A stretch of 64,000 nt of DNA, from positions 10,242 to 74,241 of the forward strand of contig JAJVID010000004.1 in assembly GCA_022072205.1 (NCBI GenBank), in the 5' to 3' direction. The stretch is from Acidobacteriota bacterium (lineage in GTDB: Bacteria > Acidobacteriota > Blastocatellia > RBC074). The notes under the pieces are model-generated. The model saw nothing but the letters and a program-made list of their open reading frames with translations, was not told where the DNA came from and searched no databases. Below, piece after piece: positions 19,113-35,588 of the stretch (the first letter of the stretch is position 1; the number at the start of each line of letters is the position of its first letter). A program made the translations under genes and the position numbers.

Positions 19113-19369
19113 ATTCGCTCCTCACGGAATCGGTTACATCAACCAGAACTGAGCCTCCAATCCTGTGTTTTTCCCTGCGCATCCTTGCGCGGCCGGCGCG
19201 GAAATTTTCTCATCACCGGCATTGAAACCCCTAAACTTCAAACTCCAGCCTCGGATTGAGCAAGCTTTGTGCCGCGCTGATCGAGATCTCTTCACGGCAC
19301 GCTGGTTGCTCCCTCTGAATCAGCGGACAGTTCCTTTATCACTCACAGCCGTTTGCAGATGCGTGCGAC

Positions 19370-19438
19370 GTGGCAGTAGCCCGACCGTGAGGGAGGGCTT
19401 GATGATCAAGCCCTCCCTCACGGTCGGGCTACTGCCAC
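19370..19438. repeat. 69-bp perfect palindrome (GTGGCAGTAGCCCGACCGTGAGGGAGGGCTTGATGATCAAGCCCTCCCTCACGGTCGGGCTACTGCCAC)
   Basis: Seen directly, with about 33-bp arms around the central TGATGATCA. It lies in the divergent intergenic region between the pentaheme cytochrome and the PNPOx-like gene. Confidence 0.8.
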
Positions 19439-19485
19439 GGGTCGCATCCAAGCGCAAACCGCTATAAGACGCAGGGAGGCGACAG

Positions 19486-19905
19486 ATGATCAATCAATTG
19501 GGAGAACGAGAATCGCGCGCGCTTTTGGCGCAGGGAGCGTTGGGGCGGCTCGGCTGCTCCGATAAAGGCAAGCCATACGTCGTGCCGGTCTATTATCTCT
19601 TCGATGACGATTGCGTCTACGCGCATTCGCTGTCAGGTCACAAGATTGACATCTTGCGCGCGAACCCGAACGCCTGTCTTCAGGTTGATGAGATTGAGGA
19701 CGATTATCATTGGCGGAGCGTGATTGCCTTCGGATATTACGAAGAGGTCAACGAAGAGGCTGAGCGCGAGCGCGTTCTGGCCAGCCTGTTCAGACGGTTG
19801 CCGCATCTGACGCCGGTCGAATCGCGCGCTAAAGACAGCGCGCAGCAGATCATAGTCATCCGGCTTCGGATAACCGAGATCACCGGAGTCTACGAGAGTT
19901 GGTGA
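19486..19905 (+). CDS. Pyridoxamine 5'-phosphate oxidase-like FMN-binding split-barrel protein
   Basis: 139 aa with GRLGCSDKGKPYVVPVYY and ACLQVDE, typical of the PNPOx/NimA-like family. Confidence 0.7.
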   Translation: MINQLGERESRALLAQGALGRLGCSDKGKPYVVPVYYLFDDDCVYAHSLSGHKIDILRANPNACLQVDEIEDDYHWRSVIAFGYYEEVNEEAERERVLASLFRRLPHLTPVESRAKDSAQQIIVIRLRITEITGVYESW

Positions 19906-19924
19906 TCGCCGATCCGCACTTTCA

Positions 19925-22600
<2,676 letters not shown>

Positions 22601-22887
22601 CGTTGTCGCCTTACTTCATTCCGCCTTCCAGTCAGTTTGGTTTCTTCCTTGTTGTCTCCTCACCCGCAACGCTCCGCCCTCGAGACGTTGCAACTCTCAA
22701 GCCAGTTCAGCTTCTCTTCGTTTAGGCCGGGTTGATGGGCAGGTTTGTGATCTCCTCTGCGCAAAGTTACTCACCCTCCTGTGCAAGAGCACGCAGCCTC
22801 GAACCGATTGAGACAGCCAGATGCTCATCCGGCGTGGCTCAGGTCGGCATAGTGATTGCAACCTTTTGTAGCAAGGAGGAAAAAGTC

Positions 22888-23523
22888 ATGCGGATCGAAT
22901 CAACATGCAGATTGAAATTTATGGTGGCGTGCGCGTTCCTCATCGCAGTTTGCTTTGGAGCGGCGGCGAAATATACCGCCGCGCGGCAGAAAGCGAATGA
23001 CACGCGCACAGAAAAAGCTTTGCTCGACGCCCGGAAGGTCTCCACCGAACTGACCAACAAAGTGCGCGAGTTGCTGCTCAAGGAGTTGGAAAAGGGCAGT
23101 TACGAAGGCGCGATCAGCGTGTGCGCTAACGTCGCGCAGGACATCACCCGGCAATTCAACGAAAAGAGCGGCCATTACGTGCGCCGCGTCAGTCTGGGCT
23201 ATCGCAACCCGAACGATTCCCCGGACGAATATGAACGACACAAGCTCGAATCCTTCGACCGTCTCAGCCGGGAGAAGAAACTGGAGAGTGAATATTACGA
23301 AGTCGTCTCGGAGCAGGGCCGTGAATATCTGCGTTACCTGAAACCGGTCATCGCCGGCAAGATGTGCCTCAACTGTCACGGCCAGCCTGACGAGATTCCG
23401 ATCGGCGTGCAGCGCATCATTCAGGAGACATATCCCAATGATCATGCCACCGGCTACCGCGAAGGCGACGTGCGCGGCGCAGTGAGCGTCAAGATTGCGT
23501 TGCCCTCGAAGACCGCGAAATGA
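22888..23523 (+). CDS. DUF3365-family c-type heme protein (Tll0287-like), secreted
   Basis: Signal peptide ([27 protein letters not shown]) and a single [10 protein letters not shown] heme motif near the C-terminus. Strong RBS AAGGAGG; the track ORF starts 52 codons too early. Confidence 0.7.
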   Translation: MRIESTCRLKFMVACAFLIAVCFGAAAKYTAARQKANDTRTEKALLDARKVSTELTNKVRELLLKELEKGSYEGAISVCANVAQDITRQFNEKSGHYVRRVSLGYRNPNDSPDEYERHKLESFDRLSREKKLESEYYEVVSEQGREYLRYLKPVIAGKMCLNCHGQPDEIPIGVQRIIQETYPNDHATGYREGDVRGAVSVKIALPSKTAK

Positions 23524-23545
23524 GGGCCGCGAATAAGGAGAGTTT

Positions 23546-23917
23546 ATGAACACGCTTCAAGCAGAGACATTCAACTTCGCGCAGATTCTTCAATGGCTGG
23601 CCAGAGCTTTGAGCATCGCCAGCGTTTTCATTCTCGTGCTGTTCTTCATCGGCGAAGGCTTCAATCCGGCTGCGTTGCGGTCGAGAGAGTGGGTATTGAT
23701 GCTCTTCTTTCCGATCGGGGCCGTGGTTGGGATGGCCGTCGCCTGGCGCAGAGAGGACTGGGGAGGCGCAATCACTATAGTCAGCCTGATTGCCTTCTAC
23801 CTGGCGCATTTTCTCTTCAGCGGCGGATTTCCGCGAGGCTGGGCATTTGCTGCGTTCGCCCTGCCAGGTTTTCTGTTCCTGGCGCACTGGCTGCTCGCGC
23901 GAAATGTCGAACGATAA
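23546..23917 (+). CDS. Small integral membrane protein (4 predicted TM helices), co-operonic with the DUF3365 gene
   Basis: 123 aa with hydrophobic segments and RBS AAGGAGAG. Confidence 0.5.
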   Translation: MNTLQAETFNFAQILQWLARALSIASVFILVLFFIGEGFNPAALRSREWVLMLFFPIGAVVGMAVAWRREDWGGAITIVSLIAFYLAHFLFSGGFPRGWAFAAFALPGFLFLAHWLLARNVER

Positions 23918-23946
23918 GCGGTCAGGCAAACCGCATTCATTGAACG

Positions 23947-25044
23947 TCAATTCTGACGGCGTTGGAAGGTTGTCCCGCTCTTCTTAACCTCATCCTTCTG
24001 CGTATGCGCTTCTTCTCTGATCAGGCTGAACAGAGCCTCAGCCAGCGCCAACGCCACCGGCCCGACGAAAAGCCCGATGACGCCAAAGGCTTGAACGCCT
24101 CCGAGCAGCGCGAAGAAGACATACAGCGGATGAAAGCGCATCTGCTCGCTGATTACCAGCGGGCGGACAACATTATCCGCCAATCCAACCACTCCGGCTC
24201 CCCAGGCCAGCAGGATCAATCCCTTCATCGGATGGCCAGTGAGCATCAGGATGATCGCCGCCGGAAGCCAGATCGCTCCGGAGCCGATGAAAGGCACAAA
24301 CGAAAAGATCGCGGTCGTCATTCCCCACAGCGCCGGCGATGGCAAACCCAAAACCCAAAAGGCCAATCCCAAAAGCAAGCCTTGCGCAATCGCTACCGCC
24401 AGTCCGCCATACATACTCGCCGTGATCGTGCGGCTCACTCCGATGGTCAGTTTTTCAAGCTGAACCGGACTGAGCGGGATAATCGCCGCCAGCCGCCGCC
24501 ACAACGCGTGGCCATCGCGGAAGAGATAGAACAGCGTGAAGACGCTGATCACCGCCGCGACCACGAATGAAGTGACTCCGCCAGCGACGCCAGCGACTTG
24601 CGAGAGGAGGAATGCGCTCAATTGCTGCAGCCGGTCCATCAACTCGGCGCGCAAATCAACCTGGGAAAGATCAATATACCGACCCAACCACATCCGCGTC
24701 CGCTCGATCAATTGAAGGAAATTTTGGATGAACCCGCCATTCTGCGCATTGCTCGCGCTGAGCGATTGATAAACCGCGGTCAACTCTCGCCTCAACGCCG
24801 CGCCGAGCAGAAACGCCGGAACGGTAATCGTCATAAGCGCGGACAAGGTTGAAAGCAGCGCCGCCGCATTCGCGTTGCGGATGGACTTATGCAGCCGGGC
24901 GTGAAGCGGAAGAAAGACGATCGCCAGAACCATTGCAAAAAAGACTGGTTTCAGGAATGGTCTGGCGATCAGATAGCAGAACCACAAGGTCACGGCGCTG
25001 AGCGCGACGAGAAAGATGATTGTCGCTCGCCTTTTCTGATTCAT
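23947..25044 (-). CDS. AI-2E family transporter (PerM/YhhT-like)
   Basis: 365 aa with 8 TM segments and the typical AI-2E core (GLVGLADNVVRP, YGGLAVAIAQG). Confidence 0.85.
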   Translation of the reverse strand: MNQKRRATIIFLVALSAVTLWFCYLIARPFLKPVFFAMVLAIVFLPLHARLHKSIRNANAAALLSTLSALMTITVPAFLLGAALRRELTAVYQSLSASNAQNGGFIQNFLQLIERTRMWLGRYIDLSQVDLRAELMDRLQQLSAFLLSQVAGVAGGVTSFVVAAVISVFTLFYLFRDGHALWRRLAAIIPLSPVQLEKLTIGVSRTITASMYGGLAVAIAQGLLLGLAFWVLGLPSPALWGMTTAIFSFVPFIGSGAIWLPAAIILMLTGHPMKGLILLAWGAGVVGLADNVVRPLVISEQMRFHPLYVFFALLGGVQAFGVIGLFVGPVALALAEALFSLIREEAHTQKDEVKKSGTTFQRRQN

Positions 25045-25045
25045 C

Positions 25046-25339
25046 TCACTTGCCGCAATGTCCGTTGCGGGCCAGCAGAACGCCGATCACGGCTCCCAAT
25101 CCCAACCCGATTCCGAAAGTGACGCCGAGCGCATTCAGCGGATGCCGTTTGACTTGATATTCGGCGTCGTCAACCAAATCTTCCGCCGCGCGGCGGCCTT
25201 TTTTAACGGCGCTCCTGGCCGCATTGATTCCATCCTCGAAGGCATCGGTGACCGCTTCCTTCACGCGCCCCATTTCGGCTCCAAACTGAGCCGCCGCGGC
25301 GCTGACATCTGTGACTTTATCGAGTACTTCAGATTTCAT
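25046..25339 (-). CDS. DUF883 (ElaB/YqjD-like) C-tail-anchored membrane protein
   Basis: MKSEVLDKVTDV...VKRHPLNALGVTFGIGLGLGAVIGVLLAR with RBS AAGGAGG. The track ORF has a 59-codon N-terminal over-extension. Confidence 0.7.
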   Translation of the reverse strand: MKSEVLDKVTDVSAAAAQFGAEMGRVKEAVTDAFEDGINAARSAVKKGRRAAEDLVDDAEYQVKRHPLNALGVTFGIGLGLGAVIGVLLARNGHCGK

Positions 25340-25681
25340 TGTTGTTCCTCCTTGATTTATAAATTTGCCCGCCGGAATCAACGCAAAACATGCGCCAGAT
25401 GAGGCGTTGCGCATCCGCGTCGTAGCCGATCTGTTTTCAACGCGAATCGGCTTCAGCAGGGTAAAAGGTCTCCGGCGTTTGGGCAGTTTTCCGCTATTCG
25501 TTCTGTAAGATTCCACAGTTTGATCCGCTTATCGGCGAGGCGCGTTCGTTGCTTCTTACGCAAGTCGGACCTGACCGGCACGACGGCGCGCGGCGCAGGA
25601 GGCAGGCGCGTTGCGTGGACGTGGGCGAAACTGAGCCGCTGGCTCGTTCATCGGCTCAAACGCGAATCGAAGGTGGCGTGA

Positions 25682-26083
25682 ATGCAGATTGTCAGGAAGA
25701 TTCTAAAAGCTGGCGCGCTATATTTCGCGCTCGTATTCGGAGCGGGCTTCGCGCTCGGCCCCATTCGCATACTATGGGCGGTCCCGCGTTTCGGCGCGCG
25801 AATGGCCGAGTTGATGGAAACGCCTATTATGCTCGTGGTCATCATCGTTGCCGCGCGGTGGATAGTTCGGCGTCTTGCTCTGCCGTCCACGTCTTCCAAT
25901 CGGCTCGGTATGGGTTGCGTCGCGCTCGCCCTTCTGCTGGTCGCGGAATTCACGCTTGTGTTGTGGCTTCGGGGAATGTCGCTCAGTGAGTATTTTGCAA
26001 GCCGCGATCCCGTGTCGGGAACGGTCTACTACGTGATGCTTGGGGTCTTTGCTCTCGTTCCGCTTTTCGTGGTTCGAAGATGA
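25682..26083 (+). CDS. Hypothetical integral membrane protein
   Basis: 133 aa with 4 hydrophobic helices. Its stop overlaps the start of the DUF374 gene. Confidence 0.4.
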   Translation: MQIVRKILKAGALYFALVFGAGFALGPIRILWAVPRFGARMAELMETPIMLVVIIVAARWIVRRLALPSTSSNRLGMGCVALALLLVAEFTLVLWLRGMSLSEYFASRDPVSGTVYYVMLGVFALVPLFVVRR

Positions 26084-26670
26084 AGTGGCGCTCGGTCTGC
26101 GGCATCGCGGTCGTTCGGTTCGCCGGGCACGATCTGCCTGCGCCCTGCGTGTTGGCGATGTGGCACGGATGCGTAAACTCCTGGGTCGCGGCGATGACGG
26201 CGAAACGGCCTCGCGCGCCTCTGGCGATTATGATCGCGCGCGACCCGCGGGGAGACAGCCTGGCGCTGCTCTGCCGCTGGCTCGGGATGCGAGTAGTTCG
26301 CGGAGAAAGTGGTAAGCGTGGATGGGAGGCGCTGGCTGAACTGGCCCGCGAGATGTCGCGCGGAGCTTCGGCGGTCATCACGGCGGACGGAACCGGCCCA
26401 GCGCTGGTCGCAAAGGCGGGCGCGGTCTCTCTGGCCTCGGCGACAGGCGCCCCGCTGATTCCAACCGGCGCCGATTGCCGTCCCGCCATCCGCGCGCGGC
26501 GAAAATGGGATCAGGTTCGCACTCCGCTCCCATTCGGACGCGTGGCCGTCGCGCTCGGCCAGTCGCATCAATATCCTGTCTTCGCCGATCTTTTATCTAT
26601 CGAGCAGGCTCGACGCCGGCTGGAGGATTCGCTTAACGAAGCCGCTTTGGCGGCTCAAGCTAAAGGATGA
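26080..26670 (+). CDS. DUF374 domain protein (lysophospholipid acyltransferase-like superfamily)
   Basis: MWHGCVNS...ITADGTGPALVAKAGAVSLASATGAPLIP resembles DUF374. Confidence 0.55.
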   Translation: MKWRSVCGIAVVRFAGHDLPAPCVLAMWHGCVNSWVAAMTAKRPRAPLAIMIARDPRGDSLALLCRWLGMRVVRGESGKRGWEALAELAREMSRGASAVITADGTGPALVAKAGAVSLASATGAPLIPTGADCRPAIRARRKWDQVRTPLPFGRVAVALGQSHQYPVFADLLSIEQARRRLEDSLNEAALAAQAKG

Positions 26671-26677
26671 GAACAGT

Positions 26678-28408
26678 ATGAACGGTGGCGCAATCATTGC
26701 GAAGATTCTGGCGAAGCGGGGCGTCAGATTTCTCTTCACGCTCTCTGGCGGACACATCTCGCCGATCTTCGTCGAAGCGAAACGAGCCGGCATCAGGGTT
26801 GTTGATGTCCGTCATGAAGCGAACGCCGTCTTCGCGGCGGACGCGGTGGCGCGGCTTTCGGGCGCGCCCGGCGTGGCGGCGGTAACGGCGGGGCCGGGGC
26901 TGACTAACACGATCACGGCGGTGAAGAACGCGCAGCTCGCTCAATCGCCAGTGATCGTGCTTGGCGGCGCGACGGCCACCATCTTGAAAGGCCGCGGCGC
27001 ATTGCAGGACATCGACCAGATGGCGCTGATGAAGCCCCACGTCAAATGGGCTGCTGCCGCCAGGAGGCTGAAGGATTTCGTCCCGCTGCTTGAAGAAGCT
27101 TTCACTGCTTGCCGTTCGGGCGTGCCGGGACCGGTCTTCATCGAATGTCCGCTCGATCTTTTGTACGACGAACAGATCGTTCGCCAGTGGATGGTGGGCG
27201 GCGACAAGCCGCCGAAAAACCTGCGGGAGCGAATGCTGCATTGGTATCTAGGCCGGCATCTCGACAAAATCTTCAGCGGCCCAGGGGACATCACGATCCG
27301 CGATGACCAGAGCGTTGTTCGCCCGCCTTCTCCCTCTCATTCGCAACTCAATCGGGTGGCGGAAATGCTGCGCCAGTCGCAGCAACCGCTTTTCATCATC
27401 GGCAGCCAGGCCGTAGCGCAACCCGAACGCGCCAGCAATGTGGCCCAAGCCGTCGAAGCGATTGGCGCGCCGGTCTACCTGTCGGGAATGGCGCGCGGGC
27501 TGCTCGGCAAAGATCATCGGTTGCAGATGCGGCACAAACGCCGCGAGGCGTTGCGCGAAGCCGATCTGGCGCTATTGGCCGGTGTGCCGTGCGATTTCCG
27601 GCTCGATTACGGCCGGCAGATTCGCGGCGGAACAACGCTCATCTCCGTCAATCGCAGCCGCCACGACCTCTACCTCAACCGCAAGCCTTCGCTGGCGATT
27701 GAAGCCGATCCGGGCGACTTCCTGATCGAACTTGGCAAGTTGAGCCAGGACGGCGATGCGCGAACCGGCTGGCTAGCCACGCTCGAAGCCAGGGATGACG
27801 AACGCGAACGAGAGATTGACCTCCGGGCCGGTGAAGAGACCGACGGCATCAATCCGCTGAAGCTCTTTCGCGAACTGGACGGGATGCTGGGCGCCAACAG
27901 CGTTTTGGTCGCCGATGGCGGCGATTTTGTAGCGACGGCTTCTTACACGCTGAACCCGCGCGGGCCGCTTGCGTGGCTCGACCCTGGCCCCTTCGGCACG
28001 CTCGGCATCGGCGGGGGGTTCGCCCTTGGCGCCAAGCTCGTGCGGCCCGACGCAGAGGTCTGGATCATCTGGGGCGATGGTTCGAGCGCCTACTCGCTGG
28101 CCGAATTCGACACGTTCACGCGACACCGGATTCCGGTGATCGGCCTGATCGGCAACGACGCCTGCTGGTCGCAAATCGCCCGCGAACAGATCGCCATTCT
28201 CCACGATGACACGGCGGCGATGCTCGCCTTTTCGGATTACGACATTGCAGCCAGAGGCTTTGGCGGAGACGGCGTGAGGATTGATCGGATCGAAGAGTTG
28301 ATTCCGGCAATCGCAAAAGCCAGAGAAGTGACCGCCGAGGGCCGGCCATTTCTGATCAATGCCATCATCGGCAAATCGGATTTCAGGAAAGGCTCTCTGG
28401 CAATGTGA
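26678..28408 (+). CDS. Cytoplasmic thiamine-diphosphate-dependent enzyme (acetolactate synthase / oxalyl-CoA decarboxylase-like)
   Basis: TPP_enzyme N, M and C domains: [40 protein letters not shown], and C-terminal [14 protein letters not shown]...[11 protein letters not shown]. No signal peptide. Confidence 0.85.
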   Translation: MNGGAIIAKILAKRGVRFLFTLSGGHISPIFVEAKRAGIRVVDVRHEANAVFAADAVARLSGAPGVAAVTAGPGLTNTITAVKNAQLAQSPVIVLGGATATILKGRGALQDIDQMALMKPHVKWAAAARRLKDFVPLLEEAFTACRSGVPGPVFIECPLDLLYDEQIVRQWMVGGDKPPKNLRERMLHWYLGRHLDKIFSGPGDITIRDDQSVVRPPSPSHSQLNRVAEMLRQSQQPLFIIGSQAVAQPERASNVAQAVEAIGAPVYLSGMARGLLGKDHRLQMRHKRREALREADLALLAGVPCDFRLDYGRQIRGGTTLISVNRSRHDLYLNRKPSLAIEADPGDFLIELGKLSQDGDARTGWLATLEARDDEREREIDLRAGEETDGINPLKLFRELDGMLGANSVLVADGGDFVATASYTLNPRGPLAWLDPGPFGTLGIGGGFALGAKLVRPDAEVWIIWGDGSSAYSLAEFDTFTRHRIPVIGLIGNDACWSQIAREQIAILHDDTAAMLAFSDYDIAARGFGGDGVRIDRIEELIPAIAKAREVTAEGRPFLINAIIGKSDFRKGSLAM

Positions 28409-28664
28409 GGGTCTGAGCGGGGATAGTAGCGCAAGCGGGCCGAGGTTGCGCAGTCTTCCATTTCGTTGCAGTTGCGCTATGGCCCGGCGCTCTTTCCGAT
28501 GCCGGGATATATCGCTGAGTTCAGCAGCCCTGAACTTATTGACATAGTCCACGACGAATAAAAAGATAAAGAATGTCCTGAGCTGTAAAATGCATACTAC
28601 CGCAAAGTGAAGCTTAAGGATTCCGCATTTATTCGATGCGACGTGAATGCATTTCCGACCTCTC

Positions 28665-29200
28665 TCAAAACCGATCAGGATCGAGGTCGAAGTTTTCCAC
28701 CAGGTACTCGTAGTAGCGTCCATCGAGCAGGAAGGTCAGAAAGATTTCGTGGACGAGGTGGATGAGTTTGCGCGCGCCGTATTCATCGTCGCCATCAAGC
28801 ACGCGAAGGCTGAGCGCAACGTTGCCGCCACGGTTGGAAGCCGTGACCTGCGCCTTTCGGGAGTCAATCCGCCGGTGATCAGGCGCCTCCGCCGCGTGAC
28901 GCGCTTTGATGAATTCTTTCAACTCCCGATACATCTCGGCGGGAACGTTCGGCAGCGCCAGCGGGAAGCGCATGGCATTTCTGCGCGGGTCGAAGACGAA
29001 CTCGAAAACGCGGTCGCGATGCCACAGCAAGCGGAAAACGGCTTGTCCCTGGCGGGCGTTCTCTGCTGGACTGAACCCGCGGAACACGCCGCGATGAGCG
29101 TACACTTCGAGAATCGAGGCGACAGCGTCAATGCGCGCGCGTGTTCCTTTCACTCCGTGTTTCGCTTTCAATCTTGCGGCGGGCATCTCTTTTCGCGGCC

Positions 29201-29204
<4 letters not shown>
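28665..29204 (-). CDS. Hypothetical protein, last gene of the Tat-TPP/cytochrome operon
   Basis: 179 aa. The start overlaps the upstream TPP-enzyme stop (ATGA). No recognisable motif. Confidence 0.4.
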
Positions 29205-31140
<1,936 letters not shown>

Positions 31141-31144
<4 letters not shown>

Positions 31145-31662
31145 AAGCCATCCTTTCCTTGTTTTTCTTCCTGCAATTTAGGGCGTTGGGCTTCCGGCCA
31201 CAGGCTGCGAATAAAGTTGACCAGATGCCACAGGTCTTCCGATTTTCGAATCTGGTTTTTGTATGGCGGCATGCTGATGCCCGCGCCGTCGCGGATGCTG
31301 CGAAAGATTTCGCCTTCGGTCACGCCGCTCTTCCAAAGCTTCGGGTCGGTCAAATCGGTCGCATCGGCGATCACGTCCACTTGCGCTTTGCCGTCGTGGC
31401 CGTGACAGCCGGTGCAATCGTTGGTGTAGAGAACGCGACCGCGCGCAATCGAAGATTTGGTGTACGGCACAGGACTTTTGAGCAGCTTGGCCTCGTCGCG
31501 GGTGAGCGGTTTGTCCTGGGCTTCCTGGCCTCGTGAAAGTTGCGCGCCGATGACGCAGGCGAGCAGACACAAAACAATAGATCGAACGATTTGTCGTGTC
31601 ACAACAGGTTCTCCGAGTTGAGAGAGAGATATTACTCGTTGGGCAGAGAAGCTAACGGCCAC
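31141..31662 (-). CDS. Membrane-anchored monoheme class I cytochrome c
   Basis: N-terminal TM (IVRSIVLCLLACVIGAQL), CTGCHGHDG heme site and a distal Met region (GISMPPY). The stop overlaps the Tat-TPP start (ATGA). Confidence 0.8.
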
Positions 31663-32192
31663 GATACGACCCGGAACACTGGAAATTGCGCCGACACCTG
31701 CTCGAATTCAGAAAGCGGCGCATCCTTGCCGATGGGAAAATGCTGTCGCGCGCCAGGCGCTCGCTTCAAGTAAGCTTTCAGCACGGGGGCGCGCTGGTCC
31801 ACGGCGACTTCTTCAAGGTGTACCTCCTCGCGGCGTCCGTGAACTAGAGTGACATTGCCACCCGCCGCCTTCATATTTTGCACCCAGGCCGACTCCGTCC
31901 CGAGCATAGACACAAGGTAGCGCTCGCCTTCGATGGTAACCATGACGAGCGGCAGACTGATCCTGCGCCCGGATCGCCGGCCCTGCGCCTCCAGAGTGAC
32001 CAGATAGTTCGGTGCAATCCCGAGCGCGTGGACTGCGGCCCAGAGCCGGTTGAGTATGGATGCCAGCCAATTGGGACGTCCACCGCGATATAGCCATTTC
32101 CTCAGATTCATCAGAGGTAGAAAACTGAATGGTCCTTCCGTCGTCTGCTGCAGCGACTGGTTCGGCATCATGAACTCTAAATCGAAACACAA
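31632..32192 (-). CDS. Nitroreductase-family deazaflavin-dependent oxidoreductase (DUF385) homologue
   Basis: NYLVTLEAQGRRSGRRISLPLVM...GERYLVSMLGTESAWVQN matches the DUF385/F420H2-dependent reductase family. The true start is probably internal, because the first codons lie inside MITE-like repeat B. Confidence 0.65.
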   Translation of the reverse strand: MCFDLEFMMPNQSLQQTTEGPFSFLPLMNLRKWLYRGGRPNWLASILNRLWAAVHALGIAPNYLVTLEAQGRRSGRRISLPLVMVTIEGERYLVSMLGTESAWVQNMKAAGGNVTLVHGRREEVHLEEVAVDQRAPVLKAYLKRAPGARQHFPIGKDAPLSEFEQVSAQFPVFRVVSWPLASLPNE

Positions 32193-32323
32193 AACATTGG
32201 GACACCAGCCACAGAGATCACAGAGGACACAGAGGTGAAAGGCGGGTGTGCATTATCTCTGTGCTCTCTGTGATCTCTGTGGCTAAAAACGTTTGTCCCA
32301 ATCTTGTATGGTCTGATTTAGCC
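32175..32323. repeat. MITE-like repeat family B, copy 1 (termini ...CTAAATCG / GATTTAGCC, internal CAGAG repeats)
   Basis: ctaaatcgaaacacaaaacattgggacaccagccacagagatcacagagg...ctctgtgatctctgtgg...gtttgtcccaatcttgtatggtctgatttagcc has internal inverted CACAGAG repeats. It is homologous in layout and sequence to 62342-62493. Confidence 0.7.
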
Positions 32324-32338
32324 CAGCGGCTTTAAAAG

Positions 32339-33838
32339 CTAACGCACGCCGTCCCACAGCGCCCGCTCTGCGGATCGAGGGTCGTCTACGACCTTCGAGG
32401 TCGTATCGAAGCGCATCGTCGCCCTGCGGCTCAGATCGTACTTCGGCCAACCGGGGTCTCCGTTGGCGGCAAACGCAACCCAGGCGGCGTGCATCGTGTC
32501 CGCGAGCTGTTGCGGAGGGTCGGTTCCACAGAGCGGCTCAGTCCCATTGCCGAGCGTGTCGAAGACGAAGGCGATCTCAAGCGCGTGGCACGCGCCGAGG
32601 AGTCCGTTGAATTGCGGCGAGCGCCACGCGAACTCGTACATGTAGGTAGACGCCGTGGCGCTCTTCGCGTGCGCATCGGCCAGGCGGATAGCGGGGATGC
32701 GCCAATACCAGTCGGTCTGGATAGCCGCGAGCAGGTCGCCGGCGTTCGCATTGGGATGCGCCGCGCGATAGGCGGCCAGCGTCGTTTCGACCGGGAGCCT
32801 GTAGGCCGCTACCATTGCGGCCAGAGCCTCGTTGGTGATGTGCTCGATTGCGCCACCGACCGCCAGGAACAGTCTATGCTCGTTGGCGTTCGTGCCGACT
32901 ATGAGGTCAATGCCGGCGCCGGCGCCGGCGCCGATGCGGTCAAGCGGAGGCGCAGGGATGACCTCCCCGTCAACCACCGGCTGCCACGGCAGCATGGTGG
33001 CCACCACCTCACCACCCCATCGCTCCGGGTCGGGATGCGCGAGGAGATCCTCCCTCAACGCCGCCTGCGCCGCTAACACACGATCAACGGGGACTGCGGC
33101 GATCGCCTCTCGGGTCGCTTCGACGCCAAGCTTCCCGGCGAGTTGGCAGGCGACACGCTGCGCGGTCGCGGCAGAGATCACGTTATGAGCGGCCCCGCTC
33201 TGAGCGATGGCGCGCCGGAACAACCCCTCGGCGCGAGGCATGGAAAGCAGCGTGCCGACGCTCATGGCTCCAGCCGACTCGCCAAAGATGGTGACATTGC
33301 CGGGATCGCCGCCAAAGGCGGCGATATTCTCACGCACCCACTCGAGGGCGGCGATCTGGTCGAGCAGGCCGCGGTTAGCGTCTCCCTCGCCCAAATAAAG
33401 AAAGCCGTCGGCGCCGACCCGATAGTTGATCGTCACGCACACGACGCCGTCGCGGGCGAAACGACTGCCGTCATACCAGGGCGAGGCGCCCGTTCCGTGA
33501 TACTCAAACATGCCGCCAGGAATCCAGACCATGACCGGCAGCCTGGCCGACCCGAGGTCGCTGGACCAGATATTGAGGGTCAGGCAATCCTCACCAGAGC
33601 CGGTAAGCTCTGAGAGGAGGATGGCTACCTCCGGGGGATATGACGGCTGAACCGACTTCGGGCCATAGGCGCTGGCGTCTCGCACACCGCTCCAGGGCGC
33701 AACCGGCTGTGGGGGCCGAAGCCGATTGGCGCCGACCGGCGGAGCCGCATAGGGAACGCCCTTAAACGTGTTCACGCCATCGGCAACGCCGCCGCGGACC
33801 TCGCCATATTGGGTTTTGACAACTACATTCGTGCGCAT
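32339..33838 (-). CDS. Carboxylesterase type B (para-nitrobenzyl esterase-like)
   Basis: GVPYAAPPVG N-terminus, nucleophile elbow GESAGAMSV, and oxyanion region. Confidence 0.85.
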   Translation of the reverse strand: MRTNVVVKTQYGEVRGGVADGVNTFKGVPYAAPPVGANRLRPPQPVAPWSGVRDASAYGPKSVQPSYPPEVAILLSELTGSGEDCLTLNIWSSDLGSARLPVMVWIPGGMFEYHGTGASPWYDGSRFARDGVVCVTINYRVGADGFLYLGEGDANRGLLDQIAALEWVRENIAAFGGDPGNVTIFGESAGAMSVGTLLSMPRAEGLFRRAIAQSGAAHNVISAATAQRVACQLAGKLGVEATREAIAAVPVDRVLAAQAALREDLLAHPDPERWGGEVVATMLPWQPVVDGEVIPAPPLDRIGAGAGAGIDLIVGTNANEHRLFLAVGGAIEHITNEALAAMVAAYRLPVETTLAAYRAAHPNANAGDLLAAIQTDWYWRIPAIRLADAHAKSATASTYMYEFAWRSPQFNGLLGACHALEIAFVFDTLGNGTEPLCGTDPPQQLADTMHAAWVAFAANGDPGWPKYDLSRRATMRFDTTSKVVDDPRSAERALWDGVR

Positions 33839-33895
33839 ACTTTCGTCGAATCGCTCGGCCCCTTGGGGAAGATTCTTTCGTAGATCAAAGAAACG

Positions 33896-35317
<1,422 letters not shown>

Positions 35318-35588
35318 ATTCGCTGCCTCCCTAAAGAAATGATCTGCTGAGCCAATAGCGGTGCGGGGGATTTTTCGCAGCGATTGCGAAAATATCCCCC
35401 TGGGATTGCTTAAAATTCCCCTTTTCGGCCAGAACTGACTGCGAAATGAATGCGTGTCTGACAATCGTTGCTACCGACGGCAAGCAATATACCGCGCTGC
35501 CAGGCGCGAGAATTCATCAATAAGCGTCACGCAGCGCGCCCACGAAGAACAATGATTCGTGCGCGCTCAAATACACGTTCGACCCCCG

